DNA of 64,000 bases from Schizochytrium sp. TIO01. Its lineage: Eukaryota; Protista; Bigyra: Labyrinthulomycetes. This document shows positions 1-10,510 of the stretch, one piece after another; position 1 is the first letter of the stretch; each line of letters begins with the position of its first letter. The notes below the pieces were generated by a model that was not told where the DNA came from, did no database searches, and saw only the letters and a program-made list of their open reading frames with translations. Location of the stretch: assembly GCA_004764695.1 (NCBI GenBank), contig SMSO01000032.1, positions 4,000,483 to 4,064,482 on the forward strand. Direction: 5' to 3'. A program made the position numbers and the translations under genes.

Positions 1-1
1 C

Positions 2-2476
2 ACGGGAGAACAAAACGTATGCGAGATTTCTTGGTATCATGAATATATCCACGGGGCAGCTTACGAGATATATCAAGTTCCATTGGGCACGGCATTCACT
101 GATCTCACATTCTCTGAGCTAGCGCTGATTATGTACGAAGAGATAGGAGTTCTTGTTATAGGGGTAAGCTTGGAGATCGATAAAAACGTAGATGCACAAG
201 TGCTCCTAAATCCTGGGAAGCATTCAAAATTAAACCCTCAGAACCACCGAGTAAAGGTTTTTGTCATCGCTCAGGACCGAACAGAAGCTGAAATTTTCAC
301 CATAGAAGCCGCTCCGGTGAAACTTGGTCGGCCTGCTGTCTCTAAAAGTACTATTAAGCGAGCCTTGAGTCGACAGTTTACAAATACAAAGCGTACTTTG
401 GCTGGCACAACGAAGTTAGCTAAGAATTTTCCAAACGCAAAGATGTTTGCTCGCAAAAGCTCGCGTTTAAATTCTGCAAAAAGATTACGCGCGACCTTGC
501 GAAGTCAAAGTGCAGCAAGTATGGGATCTTTCAATGGCCGTCGCACAGTATCATCTGAGAATTCAAACATCGCACCAGAGAAATCGTCATCTACTGTTGA
601 TAAGCAAGATTTGGTGTTTGAGAATCTTGCTGGGCGCATTCGACGCCGAGTCAGAAAAGCTCTTGACCACAGTCATACGATACGCCCAGGAGATTCGTTG
701 AACAACTCAGGCAAGATTACATCAGAATCCAAGCGCATCATAACAAATCGCGAAACTGGGTTCAAAATCACCACTAGTCCTAAGAACGCTGATACACGAA
801 TATCAAATTTCAATTTTGATACTGTTGGAGTAGAAAAATATCAAACGTCGTCTTTCAAAGGTCGAGACATAGGCGTCCCGCTTATGGATGAGCTAACTGA
901 AGAGAGTACGAAAGAGGCAATAACTGTTGCTCTATCAGAAGAAGAGACGACAAACGTGGTCAATACGCTAGATGATCACGACAATGAACTGAAGGTCCAG
1001 GATAGTGCTACTTCCCTCCCATTACAACATCAAGATGATACGTTATCTTTGCCTTCACAACCATCTTTCCATAAGGAAAATCATCAGCTCTTTGGGGTTT
1101 CAAAAGAGATTCTTGGACAACGCTACGCGATTCTAGATCAACCTGTCCAACTGCAAGATGTAATAGTAAAAACTCTTCTGAGGCACGACTTTCCCCACGT
1201 AAAGGAACACATCATTCTTTATGCCGAGGGTTCGGACTGTAGCGAGTTTATCTTACAAGTACGCAAGCACCGTCATCAAGGTGTGATTCCTGTAGTTATA
1301 CTGACTCGAAACCCTCTTCGGTACCAGACATGGCTGCGTATTTGCCATTTCCCTCAAGTATATATTGTTGAAGGCCCTGCGCAGCTTGTCTCAACTTGGC
1401 ATCGTGCAGGAGTACGATTTGCATCACATGTTATTCTGGCGGCCACACCCTGCAATCACGAGGGGGAAGAAGATAATTACGCTAGCGAGGGAAACGCCGA
1501 CTCTGGCCCAACTTTTAAGTCACGCGGTGGTGACGAGGATACTTTGTTTCTATATAATTTGATCAATCGCGAAAACCGTCGAGTTCGAATCAGCTGTGTG
1601 CTGCAGAACCCTACAAATGTAAAGTTTATGCACCGATCCACTGATGTAGTACACAACATATCAGCTCTAGATCCTGGGGAGCAGATTATGATGTTCCCTT
1701 CAGTAGCATCAGGTACTGTTCTATGCGGGGATCTTTTTGATACTATTATGGCTCAAACTAATTACAATCCGCACCTTCTCCGAGTGTTGCAGCTTCTCCT
1801 TTGTGGTGGCTCTTTAGCAGACCAACTGAATCAAGGCATGCTAGACTCTCGATTCTTTGCTGTAGATGTGACTTTAGAAATGAGTGAGCGGACGTATGGT
1901 GAAGTTTTTGCAATTTTTTGCTCTTATGGGATTTTACCTGTCTGCCTGACAAGAGGCACGGCAGATGGAATGTTATCTGCACCAATGGGTAATTCTCAAT
2001 CCTATGTAGTTACAAATCCAATTGCTGCAACACCCCTATTTGAAGGCGATATTGTTTGTTGTCTTTCCCATGATGAGCCTGTGTACATGTGCTCGATCCC
2101 AGAACTTGGTATTAAACAGCAAACGCCTAATCGTTCTTCTGTAGCAACGTGCCATTTCAGGAGTGAGGAATATAGCAGAAAGCATGAGAATGCTGATGTG
2201 ATTAGAAATAGTGATAGCCCTACAAATTTGATCAATGGTGGCCCTGTAGAGAATTGTGACAAAGATGAAAAAGCTGACAAGGAGGAAAAATCTTGCCATG
2301 TAAATACCAGTAGCTTCAGCAGCACTGCATCTGCATCTGCTTTTGAAAATTGCCGTACAAACATTCATACAGAGCTCGAAGCATTTCGATCTATGCTAGC
2401 TAGTTTTCAAAGTGAAGTTCAAACCCAGCTGTCTGAGCAGAGCCTGGGTCGAAACACTACTGATCCGGGAGCATAA
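2..2476 (+). CDS. BK/Slo-family potassium channel, cytoplasmic RCK1-RCK2 region (5' truncated by window edge)
   Basis: The frame is open from base 2 (TGEQNVCEISWYHEYIHGAAYEIYQVPLG..), matching the Slo 'W..EY..G...E.Y' segment. It continues with LLNPG, VFVIAQD, HIILY, HRAGVRFASHVILA, LQNPTNVKFM, FPSVASGTV, TNYNPHLL, TYGEVF and YVVTNP, all typical of RCK domains. Confidence 0.85.
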   Translation, partial: TGEQNVCEISWYHEYIHGAAYEIYQVPLGTAFTDLTFSELALIMYEEIGVLVIGVSLEIDKNVDAQVLLNPGKHSKLNPQNHRVKVFVIAQDRTEAEIFTIEAAPVKLGRPAVSKSTIKRALSRQFTNTKRTLAGTTKLAKNFPNAKMFARKSSRLNSAKRLRATLRSQSAASMGSFNGRRTVSSENSNIAPEKSSSTVDKQDLVFENLAGRIRRRVRKALDHSHTIRPGDSLNNSGKITSESKRIITNRETGFKITTSPKNADTRISNFNFDTVGVEKYQTSSFKGRDIGVPLMDELTEESTKEAITVALSEEETTNVVNTLDDHDNELKVQDSATSLPLQHQDDTLSLPSQPSFHKENHQLFGVSKEILGQRYAILDQPVQLQDVIVKTLLRHDFPHVKEHIILYAEGSDCSEFILQVRKHRHQGVIPVVILTRNPLRYQTWLRICHFPQVYIVEGPAQLVSTWHRAGVRFASHVILAATPCNHEGEEDNYASEGNADSGPTFKSRGGDEDTLFLYNLINRENRRVRISCVLQNPTNVKFMHRSTDVVHNISALDPGEQIMMFPSVASGTVLCGDLFDTIMAQTNYNPHLLRVLQLLLCGGSLADQLNQGMLDSRFFAVDVTLEMSERTYGEVFAIFCSYGILPVCLTRGTADGMLSAPMGNSQSYVVTNPIAATPLFEGDIVCCLSHDEPVYMCSIPELGIKQQTPNRSSVATCHFRSEEYSRKHENADVIRNSDSPTNLINGGPVENCDKDEKADKEEKSCHVNTSSFSSTASASAFENCRTNIHTELEAFRSMLASFQSEVQTQLSEQSLGRNTTDPGA

Positions 2477-2686
2477 CCCTATTAGGATAGTAATAGTTGA
2501 ATGGAAATCAAGATGCTTTTATAGCACACTTTCCGATTGTTTCGAGTTGCATTTTTATGAGAATTTAATTTGAAAAAATAGAAAAAATACTTTTTTCACT
2601 CCTTTGATATATTTGAAAAAATATGTATCAGTCTTTTTTTTGTAGTGTACATATCAATGCATGAAGCATCAATCTCTCCCTCCCCT

Positions 2687-5600
2687 CTATTGAGCGTTCA
2701 TACGAAGGCCACGGCCAGCATCAAAATACAAAATAATCAGGCCTTGGGCAATACCTAATGAAATAGCACTTTCTCCCGGAAGATTATAAGGAATTGCTGA
2801 GTAAATGTTAAAGATAATGGCAGCAGGGATGGCCCCAAGCGTGAAACCAATAATTCCCCCGATCATCATGAATCCGAAAACAATAAGAATCATGGAGCCT
2901 ATGGACTTTGCACTAAGCAGATTGAAGCTTCTCATTCTCCAGGTGAAAAGGAATCCGCCCATGCCATACGCAAGACCGACTGTATACACTGTAAACGTGA
3001 TTATTTCCTGCCAAAGTCGAACAAATGTTGGCACAGGTAGTTGAATCACTGTCTCTAAATCTTCATAGCATATGTTAAATTGCTCAATGAAGGCACTTAG
3101 TGTGCTAGAGACGTTAAGGTTTTTGGAAATACTAATAGGATCGTCATCTTTCCAAGTATTGTTCTCTAATCCTTCATAAAATTCGATGTAGGCGTCAGTC
3201 AGAGAGAAAAGCTTGACGATTTGCTGAGAGCGATAAATAAGTGGTACAGTGCAGTTGGAATTTCTTGTGATACCTGTTGCGCCTCCGTATGTAATGTTGT
3301 CCCAGTTGAAAACTCGTAACAACTCTGGAGATACATTTGCAGGGATCTCCATAGAAGTATCTGACCCTCGCCAGATGCAAAAATAGCCAGGTTGCGCAAC
3401 ACCTTCATCGCTGTATGTCACAGAAATAGTGCTATCCAAGCTAGATGTATACTGAACAAGCTCACAAATACTTTTGTTGTTCCACGTTTCGGACACGTTG
3501 AATCCAGTGGAGCAGCGTCTCATGTTTGCATCCAATTCATCAAGAGCTTGGATTTTATCGGCATCGATTCCAAGGTCGATAAGGGATTCGTTTCGGTATG
3601 TGAGGCTAGCCCTGCATGGCGAATTGTTTTCGTCTCGAGCATTTTCAGTGTACAAGGTTTGGTTTACCTGGAAAAGAGTTCCGTTGCCATCTTGAACGGT
3701 TTGAACAAAAACTTGAGAGTATGATCCATATAGTAGACTAATGTCTGCTACAGCGAGTTGGGGAATATCAGCTGTAAGTTCCTCAAGCTCATCGGCAGAG
3801 AATAGCTCTAACATGTCCGTAGAGTCAGTATGGAATGTGATGTTCCACATATATCCCCGCCAAAGCCCTGTGAGATCTGTTGTTTCGCTTTCTTCATCAT
3901 CATCATCGTCAGTTTTAATAAAAATTTCCTCGCGTGTCACAGAAACTCCATTGGTGATAATATTCCCTAGGTCCTCTAGAGCAGACTTCAGTTCTGCAGC
4001 AGTGGCATTCCAAGGGATCAATCTGGTATAGTAGACACGTGTTGAGCGAGAACTGTCATCTAGGTAGCTCGACGTATTGAGGTATGGATTTGTCAATGCG
4101 AATCCTGGGAGGACGTCCGTGTAGCGTTCGTCGGTTCCATCGTAGCCCGAAAATGCAAGCCTGAAGGTTCCATGAACAGTGGCAGTCCCTTGCAGAGTGG
4201 CATTTGTTACAAATGCTGCCCCTTCGCTCATGAGGCGAGCGTAACCAGTAGCAGACACGAACTCAACTGGATCGAGGGAGTTATCGGGCTTCGTAAAGGT
4301 TATATCATATTGTCGTTCGCCTAGACTATTAGCATCAGTAGCTGTGACAATGATACCAGCATCTGGAAAGGACTCTTTGAGTACAGCTGCTACATCTTCT
4401 GCGCTTGCAGACACACTGAAGTATGTGTCGTCCGTGGTATATTTGCATTTGTGCACAGGGGCGCCAGAGACTGTACTTGTTAGCGTGAATCCAGAAAAGG
4501 GTTCCGCAAGGACCAAAGTTGCATCGGAAACATTAGCTACCATGTACACATCTCCAGAAATACGGACATAGTCTCCTGCATTAACAGCATCAGTGAGGGA
4601 CGTAGATTGCGTAATGAAAAGAAATGGAACCTCAAAAGACCCGAACACAGGCATCGCGCGCCCAGGCAGAGCCGTTAGAAACTTGCAAACCTTTGTATGG
4701 AAGTAGCCATGTATTTTGGGTGCTGCATGGACAAGTTCAACAGTCATCCGAGTGAGTGCTTCAGACGCACTTCGATCCTCAACAGTAAAGTTTGTACAAC
4801 CTGAGCAAGGATCGAGGTTATTGTAGCCCGGCAATAGTTCAAACTCGCCAAGCTCATACTCTTCGATCTCCCCAACAAAAGTGATATTCCAACTCCGCAA
4901 AGCCACTGTTTCATTTTGAAGAAGACCTGTCGTGTCGGGATTGTAGTCGACAAAGGATACACCAACGAAAGTAATAAGTTGTTCGCCACTTCGGGTCAGT
5001 TGCAAAAGTGCATCGCGGACCTCGGCAGGTGTAGCATTGTGAGCAAGACGTGCTGTATCGTCTGAGATGGCGGTGGTGGGATCTGATAGCGTTGGAATTG
5101 TATAGCGTAGAACAAATTCACCCTCAATGATAGGACCATTGCCATAAAGAGTGACTCGCTGCATGTTATGTCGATGTCTTGTGATGATGAAAGTATCTAA
5201 ATTCATTCGCGGCGGGCCGTCTGCTGTGTTGACGATTTGAACTTCCCCAAGATCTAGAAGATTTGCATTGCTGGCCGAATCAAACGTAAAAATCCAGCTT
5301 GACGCGTAGCCGTTTTCATCCTCAGTTGCGTTTTCCACTGTGAAGAGCCCCGTATCTGGAACATTTTGAAGGTCCCTGAGAGCTGCATCGATGTCTGCCG
5401 GTAGTGCATCTGCATTAATGTAGTCTGTGGACAGCTCGTTAAAAGTTAGGCGGAACTTTGTGGACCCCATGTCCAACTTTGAGATGTCAAGATCAGTAAT
5501 CGACAATGTGACGATTCGCGTGTTATATGCAGCCGCTTCTAGTTGGACTGTCTGAATCTGCTCCTCTACTGTGTCGAGCTCCCTCACAACTGCTACGCTC

Positions 5601-6154
5601 TGTATTTCTGGAGTTTGTTCGCTTGTTGCATCGATTCTGACTACCTTGAACTGGTTTTCGTCGCTCGTCACCCATTCGCATTGCGGAGACTGAGCCGTGC
5701 AAGTGATGTTATTCGTTATGCTCGCACACCGCGCTGGTATGCTCTCTATAATTTTGTACATTGCTGTGAATGTATTAGCGAGTGACTTTGTGTATTTTGA
5801 CAAGATTTGCAATGGTGGCAAGTAGCACCCATCGCTCTCGGCCTCGCCCACTAGACAGTGCTCTTCGCCTGTATAGAAGCAAGTATCGGCGCTCTGCTCA
5901 TCGCAGAACTCAGGCTCTGAGTCCGCTGCTAGTGTACTGCTCGACAGCAGCCACGCCTCTGAGGGCTCGCAGGAGTTGTTCAGGAACCGGTCCTCGAGCA
6001 CGTTTTTGGTCCAGGCGCAGCTCACAATCTGGAGACCATCTTCTGTCGGGGCACCCAGTCTTTGACAAGTTTCCTCGTCTGTCACAACCGCGAAACTTGC
6101 AGAAATCGCCAGTGACACCCACAGCACCGCAAAAAGCAGACAAGCAGGCCGCAT
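2687..6154 (-). CDS. Large surface/membrane protein: signal peptide, Cys-rich ends, about 4 internal beta-rich repeats, C-terminal TM bundle
   Basis: 1155-aa ORF with a hydrophobic N-terminal signal (MRPACLLFAVLWVSLAISA). It has a recurring unit (Q.V...F.L.F/Y...T..I/L..NA...V..AL..L...W.ITF), many NxS/T sequons and 3-4 hydrophobic helices in the last ~110 aa. Confidence 0.8.
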   Translation of the reverse strand: MRPACLLFAVLWVSLAISASFAVVTDEETCQRLGAPTEDGLQIVSCAWTKNVLEDRFLNNSCEPSEAWLLSSSTLAADSEPEFCDEQSADTCFYTGEEHCLVGEAESDGCYLPPLQILSKYTKSLANTFTAMYKIIESIPARCASITNNITCTAQSPQCEWVTSDENQFKVVRIDATSEQTPEIQSVAVVRELDTVEEQIQTVQLEAAAYNTRIVTLSITDLDISKLDMGSTKFRLTFNELSTDYINADALPADIDAALRDLQNVPDTGLFTVENATEDENGYASSWIFTFDSASNANLLDLGEVQIVNTADGPPRMNLDTFIITRHRHNMQRVTLYGNGPIIEGEFVLRYTIPTLSDPTTAISDDTARLAHNATPAEVRDALLQLTRSGEQLITFVGVSFVDYNPDTTGLLQNETVALRSWNITFVGEIEEYELGEFELLPGYNNLDPCSGCTNFTVEDRSASEALTRMTVELVHAAPKIHGYFHTKVCKFLTALPGRAMPVFGSFEVPFLFITQSTSLTDAVNAGDYVRISGDVYMVANVSDATLVLAEPFSGFTLTSTVSGAPVHKCKYTTDDTYFSVSASAEDVAAVLKESFPDAGIIVTATDANSLGERQYDITFTKPDNSLDPVEFVSATGYARLMSEGAAFVTNATLQGTATVHGTFRLAFSGYDGTDERYTDVLPGFALTNPYLNTSSYLDDSSRSTRVYYTRLIPWNATAAELKSALEDLGNIITNGVSVTREEIFIKTDDDDDEESETTDLTGLWRGYMWNITFHTDSTDMLELFSADELEELTADIPQLAVADISLLYGSYSQVFVQTVQDGNGTLFQVNQTLYTENARDENNSPCRASLTYRNESLIDLGIDADKIQALDELDANMRRCSTGFNVSETWNNKSICELVQYTSSLDSTISVTYSDEGVAQPGYFCIWRGSDTSMEIPANVSPELLRVFNWDNITYGGATGITRNSNCTVPLIYRSQQIVKLFSLTDAYIEFYEGLENNTWKDDDPISISKNLNVSSTLSAFIEQFNICYEDLETVIQLPVPTFVRLWQEIITFTVYTVGLAYGMGGFLFTWRMRSFNLLSAKSIGSMILIVFGFMMIGGIIGFTLGAIPAAIIFNIYSAIPYNLPGESAISLGIAQGLIILYFDAGRGLRMNAQ

Positions 6155-6970
6155 TGCCTTTACGTAGGCAAGGTCGCAGCTCGCCTGATCGAAGTAGGAT
6201 GGGAGGGGTCTCTATTAAAAAGGATTTATGGGCTGATTTGTCGTTAATTTGCTCATTTATTCATTAAAAAGTAAGAAAAGAATTGCAGATTAGCACGAGT
6301 CAATCATTTGAATCCTCTACAGACTCTATAGCAAACTATCTTTGGCTCGAACCGACTCTTGAAAGTCAGTGCTTGACTAAGTCTTAGCCTGAAAGTAGTC
6401 ACGTGGATATTTTAATGTTTCCAAACTGGGACTTTGAGATGGTTTTCTCTGTCATCGATAGTGACTGGGAAAGAGGTGTGGTGTGTAGAGCAGAATTTGG
6501 CTTTAAACGAAAGTAAATTCTTTCGAGCTAAAGTCTTCGCATTTTGTGTATACTTTGGATGGGGGTCTATGTGATGAGAGCTTGAAAAGCTCGAAACAGA
6601 ATGCTTGGGAACAGAAATGATTGTTACGTTAATTATAAAGTCAAAAGAGAGTGAACTAGGCAAACGTGAGAGAGAAGATCGATCAGATAAAACAGCTAAA
6701 CACTAAGAGCAGTCGTTGAAAAAGGGAAAGCACAAATCATTCCAGTTGCTAAATCCGGATCGGTCTAACTAGGGTAACGTGGGTTGCGTACAGGACACAT
6801 AGGTATGCACGCTTGCAAATTCTCGAGACGAGCTCAGTTGAGAGCCGCTGCGAGGAAGGTAAATCAGGGTTCATAATCATGTAGGTAGTATATGAAGTGG
6901 GAATTGTGTTATGATGCAATGTGGTGTATTGTAAATGTAAAGTTGTGGGTGGTGATACATGGGAGCAGAA

Positions 6971-8500
6971 CTAAACAGATATCCGTAAACGCCGCAGAAG
7001 ATTCACAAAATCTTCGTCAGCGACTCGGCTATCAAAGTCTAAGAATTTGACTAGCATGAGTTCACACTCATTAAGCTCGGGCAATGGCATGCCGCCGGCG
7101 CTAGCCCAAAAGGCATTATTCAATGGCTCGTCTTCAGAAAATTTAGAAACAATCATCATGGAACATAGGAGAAGACGATGCACGTTAAGCTGACTAACAA
7201 CGAGTGGGGACTCGCGGTGCGAGGTTCGGGCTACTAGTCGATCCATTAAGACAAGAGCACAGCCCAAAAGTCTAAATCCAATAGTAAAACGATCTCTAAG
7301 ATCATTATCTGACGAAGCTTCTGCATCATTCAGATTTATAGAACGGAGAACGCGTTTCAAATACGTGCCTAGTTCCATACCGGGTACTCTGGAACAGTCC
7401 AACTGCGCCATCACTCCTTGGCCACGTTCAGCACCTTGAGCACTGGCAAGGGCCCAAAGAGCAGTAGCGATGAGCTCAACATCATGCGCTTCATTCTCTG
7501 GATTCCTTTGTGATGGTGATGTCAGGGGCCCAGCATTTGAATTTGAGGACAAAAGGGTTGCTTGCGCTTGTGAGGGGAGAGATGAATTATGTGTGGTGCC
7601 TTTAGAGCCACTGGCATCGGTACCATTATCGGTACTAGAGTTTCGTTGCTGAAGCTTTGGCGGTGCACATTCGTCACACAAGCTTCCTGTATGGCAAAGA
7701 CACTTAATCGTAGCTTTCGCAATGTCATCGCAATCACTCTTTTCGCATTCTTTACTTGCGTAGCCATTTTCCTCAGCATCTTCAGAATCAACCTTCTCTT
7801 TTGATTCTGAAATGCTGCTATGTTCTGCCTCATCCGAGTGTAAATCATCAGTACCAGTGCTTGTGCCGGAGGTCGCTGACGATGCCATACCATGCTCTTC
7901 CATCTGGAGCAGGGTTTGTCCCTCTTGGTAATCCTCGCGACTGCTAGCACTACCGATGCTGCTCGTACTACTAGAGCTCCTACGTCGTGAATGGCTTTGA
8001 TCAATGCAGCTGCCGTTATAACTTTCAAGGTGGTCACTATGATGATAGGGACGTCGCTCGTCGCGAATTCCTAGGCTCAGGTGGCCAGACTCCTCGTCAG
8101 TGTCGGTTTCGTCTCCGCTAAAGAGAGACTCCTGGGACCTTTGCGGAAGAAGTCTCTGCGCCATTATTCTCTTTTCCTCTGCACGCATCGCGATAAAGTT
8201 CGCGTCTTTGTCGCTGGAACCTCTGCCGCCACTAGCATTTCGTGCAATTTCGCAGTCGTTCAAAGACCTACTCAAGACCGGGCTTTCAGAACACGCCGCT
8301 CCCACGAACACCGGCCTACGTGCCGGCGAGGTCAAGGATGAAGACAATGATGAAGACGACGAGGAGGAGGATGTCACATTTCTCTGCGAGGCCGAGCCAG
8401 CCGCCGCACTGGAGGGGCCCGTTTGAAAAATCGCCAGCTCCCCATCCCGCCGCATGCCTGCATGAGATCTCATGCCGAGTCCTCCCTTCGGAGCACCCAT
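6971..8500 (-). CDS. PHO80-like / P(U)-type cyclin with long Ser/acidic disordered N-terminus
   Basis: C-terminal cyclin box: VPGMELGTYLKRV..., NVHRLLLCSMMIVSKFSEDEPLNNAFWASAGGMPLPELNECELMLVKFLDF. Confidence 0.85.
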   Translation of the reverse strand: MGAPKGGLGMRSHAGMRRDGELAIFQTGPSSAAAGSASQRNVTSSSSSSSSLSSSLTSPARRPVFVGAACSESPVLSRSLNDCEIARNASGGRGSSDKDANFIAMRAEEKRIMAQRLLPQRSQESLFSGDETDTDEESGHLSLGIRDERRPYHHSDHLESYNGSCIDQSHSRRRSSSSTSSIGSASSREDYQEGQTLLQMEEHGMASSATSGTSTGTDDLHSDEAEHSSISESKEKVDSEDAEENGYASKECEKSDCDDIAKATIKCLCHTGSLCDECAPPKLQQRNSSTDNGTDASGSKGTTHNSSLPSQAQATLLSSNSNAGPLTSPSQRNPENEAHDVELIATALWALASAQGAERGQGVMAQLDCSRVPGMELGTYLKRVLRSINLNDAEASSDNDLRDRFTIGFRLLGCALVLMDRLVARTSHRESPLVVSQLNVHRLLLCSMMIVSKFSEDEPLNNAFWASAGGMPLPELNECELMLVKFLDFDSRVADEDFVNLLRRLRISV

Positions 8501-10429
8501 GCTCTCTGCGCTCCCGGAGCGCTCTTCACTTTTCGCGAACCCCGTCTTCTCCGTGCAGCGGCGAGCCCTCCTGGACCCGCTCTCTCGTTCGAACTTTGCT
8601 CCTTCTATTTGTTCAAACTCGCTTCCTTCCTTTCTCTTTCTTCGTTATCAAATTTGAATTCGAATTTATTTCGTGGTTTCCTCTTTCTTTCTTTCTTCGT
8701 TTCCCTCCGCTTTTCTTACTTCTTTCAAAAAGAATATTGTATTTGTAAAACCAATATTCAAAACTTTTACTCCAATGATGCCTCAGATCCGCTGTTCTAA
8801 GGCAAACTCTGTTCCACTTCCGCTCAGGCTTACCTGCTTAACCCCTTTATAGTTCTATTTTACGCGAGCCTTGTTCCACTTCGCCGCGTATTAGTTTGGT
8901 CTGCTTAGCTTGGTCTTCTCGCTTTGCCCGCCTCGCGTCTCCTTCACGAGGGCTGGCCTTCTTCGCACCGTAGCGCAGCGCTGTGCGTTGCTCTGCCGCT
9001 GCCTTCCCTCTCTCCTCTCCTGCTGCCAGCCTGCCTGCCAGACTGCCTGTCTGCCTCGCAATGACCCAGCGCCGCCGCGTCTCTTCGCATCGACGGAGTT
9101 TGTTGTTTGTTTCTCCTTTCTCAACTCGGTACCTCATTACTTAATCTCAAAATAAAATAAACATTTCTTTCACCTTCACTTCTACACTTACCCTTAGTTG
9201 CCGCATCTAGCGCACCTCTAGGTCGTAAACAACTCAGATTCGCCTTCTGATACCTATTTATAGTAAGACTCTTACCAGTTCCAGGAGTTCCAGATTCTTT
9301 GTCTGCTCTTTTGAAAGCGTTGTCCTTATTGTCGTTGTTGAAGAACCGTCGCGGAAAAGGTCAGTCAAACAGGCATATGGTCTCTTAGTGGAATCTCATA
9401 GGCCTTTGCATAGGGTTTTTCAGATTTCTTTAATTCATGGTACCTACTGCTGACTACCTAATTTATTCGCTAGCACTACTTAGCGACCTCTTAGTTTTCC
9501 TATTTTTCAAGAGTTTTTAATTCAAAATGTTTTGATTAAAAAAGAAAGCAAAACAACTTTTTGACTTACCTCCTCTACCTATAACTGAAATCGGTACTGC
9601 TAGGAGTTTTTTTAATTAAAAAAGAAAGAAAAAAAGAGAAAGACTTCTTCAGCTTCCGAAATGAAAAGTTCTAGGGATGAAAGGAAGTAAAAGAATCCAG
9701 ACGTACCCGTAGTAGTTACCTATCGATACATCGAGACGATAATTATCTCAAAAAACGGTCCCCGCTCCTTGGTGCGCTCTGCTTATGCGGTTTTAGCGGC
9801 TCGGCGCGCGCAGCTCCTTCCTGCTTATACATACTGCTCCATGGAGAGACAGATTAAGTGGTATTTCTGCACGCTTCGCCAGCGACGAGTCATTGTGGTC
9901 CTTGTTCTTCCCGTGGTAGTTCTGCCTGCTTACGCCGTCGTTCTGTTCTCTCTTTAAAACCCTCCAGAACCTTTGGGGAACCATGAAAGAACGATTTCTA
10001 CACACTAACCTCGTATCAACCGCTCCAGAGCAGGTGCGAGCGCGTGCTCCTTGTTCCTTAGTGCGTTCTTTCTTTCTTTTTCTTTCTCTTTCTGACCTAT
10101 TATTTCAGCGGCTTTTTCGACAAATCCCTTTATTTGACTGCTAAGGTTGAGGTTAGGAGGTGCATGAGTCCTCGCCGATCCATTTTAGTTTTTTTCACAG
10201 AACCACCCCAAAAAGCATTTTATTTCGACTAGCTACTACAATAAAACGTTTTTATATTTTCCTTTCTCCGCGCGCTCAAGGCTTTGACCGTGTAAACTTG
10301 TATGAAACCTTCCCGCACAAGTGGAGAACTTGTTCTGCTCACGACCTTGGAACGGAGAACGCCACTGTGGACTCGGAGGGAGTCTTCAGCTGTAGTTGTA
10401 GTTCCTGGCTGGCCAACGCTTGTTCCAAC

Positions 10430-10510
10430 CAATCAATTACTCAGTCAATTACTCAATCAATCAATCAATCAATCAACCGTTGAATAAACCCATGAATAAA
10501 TGAATGAATC
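10430..10510. repeat. (TCAA)n followed by (ATGA)n microsatellite
   Basis: Direct reading of the sequence. Confidence 0.9.
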
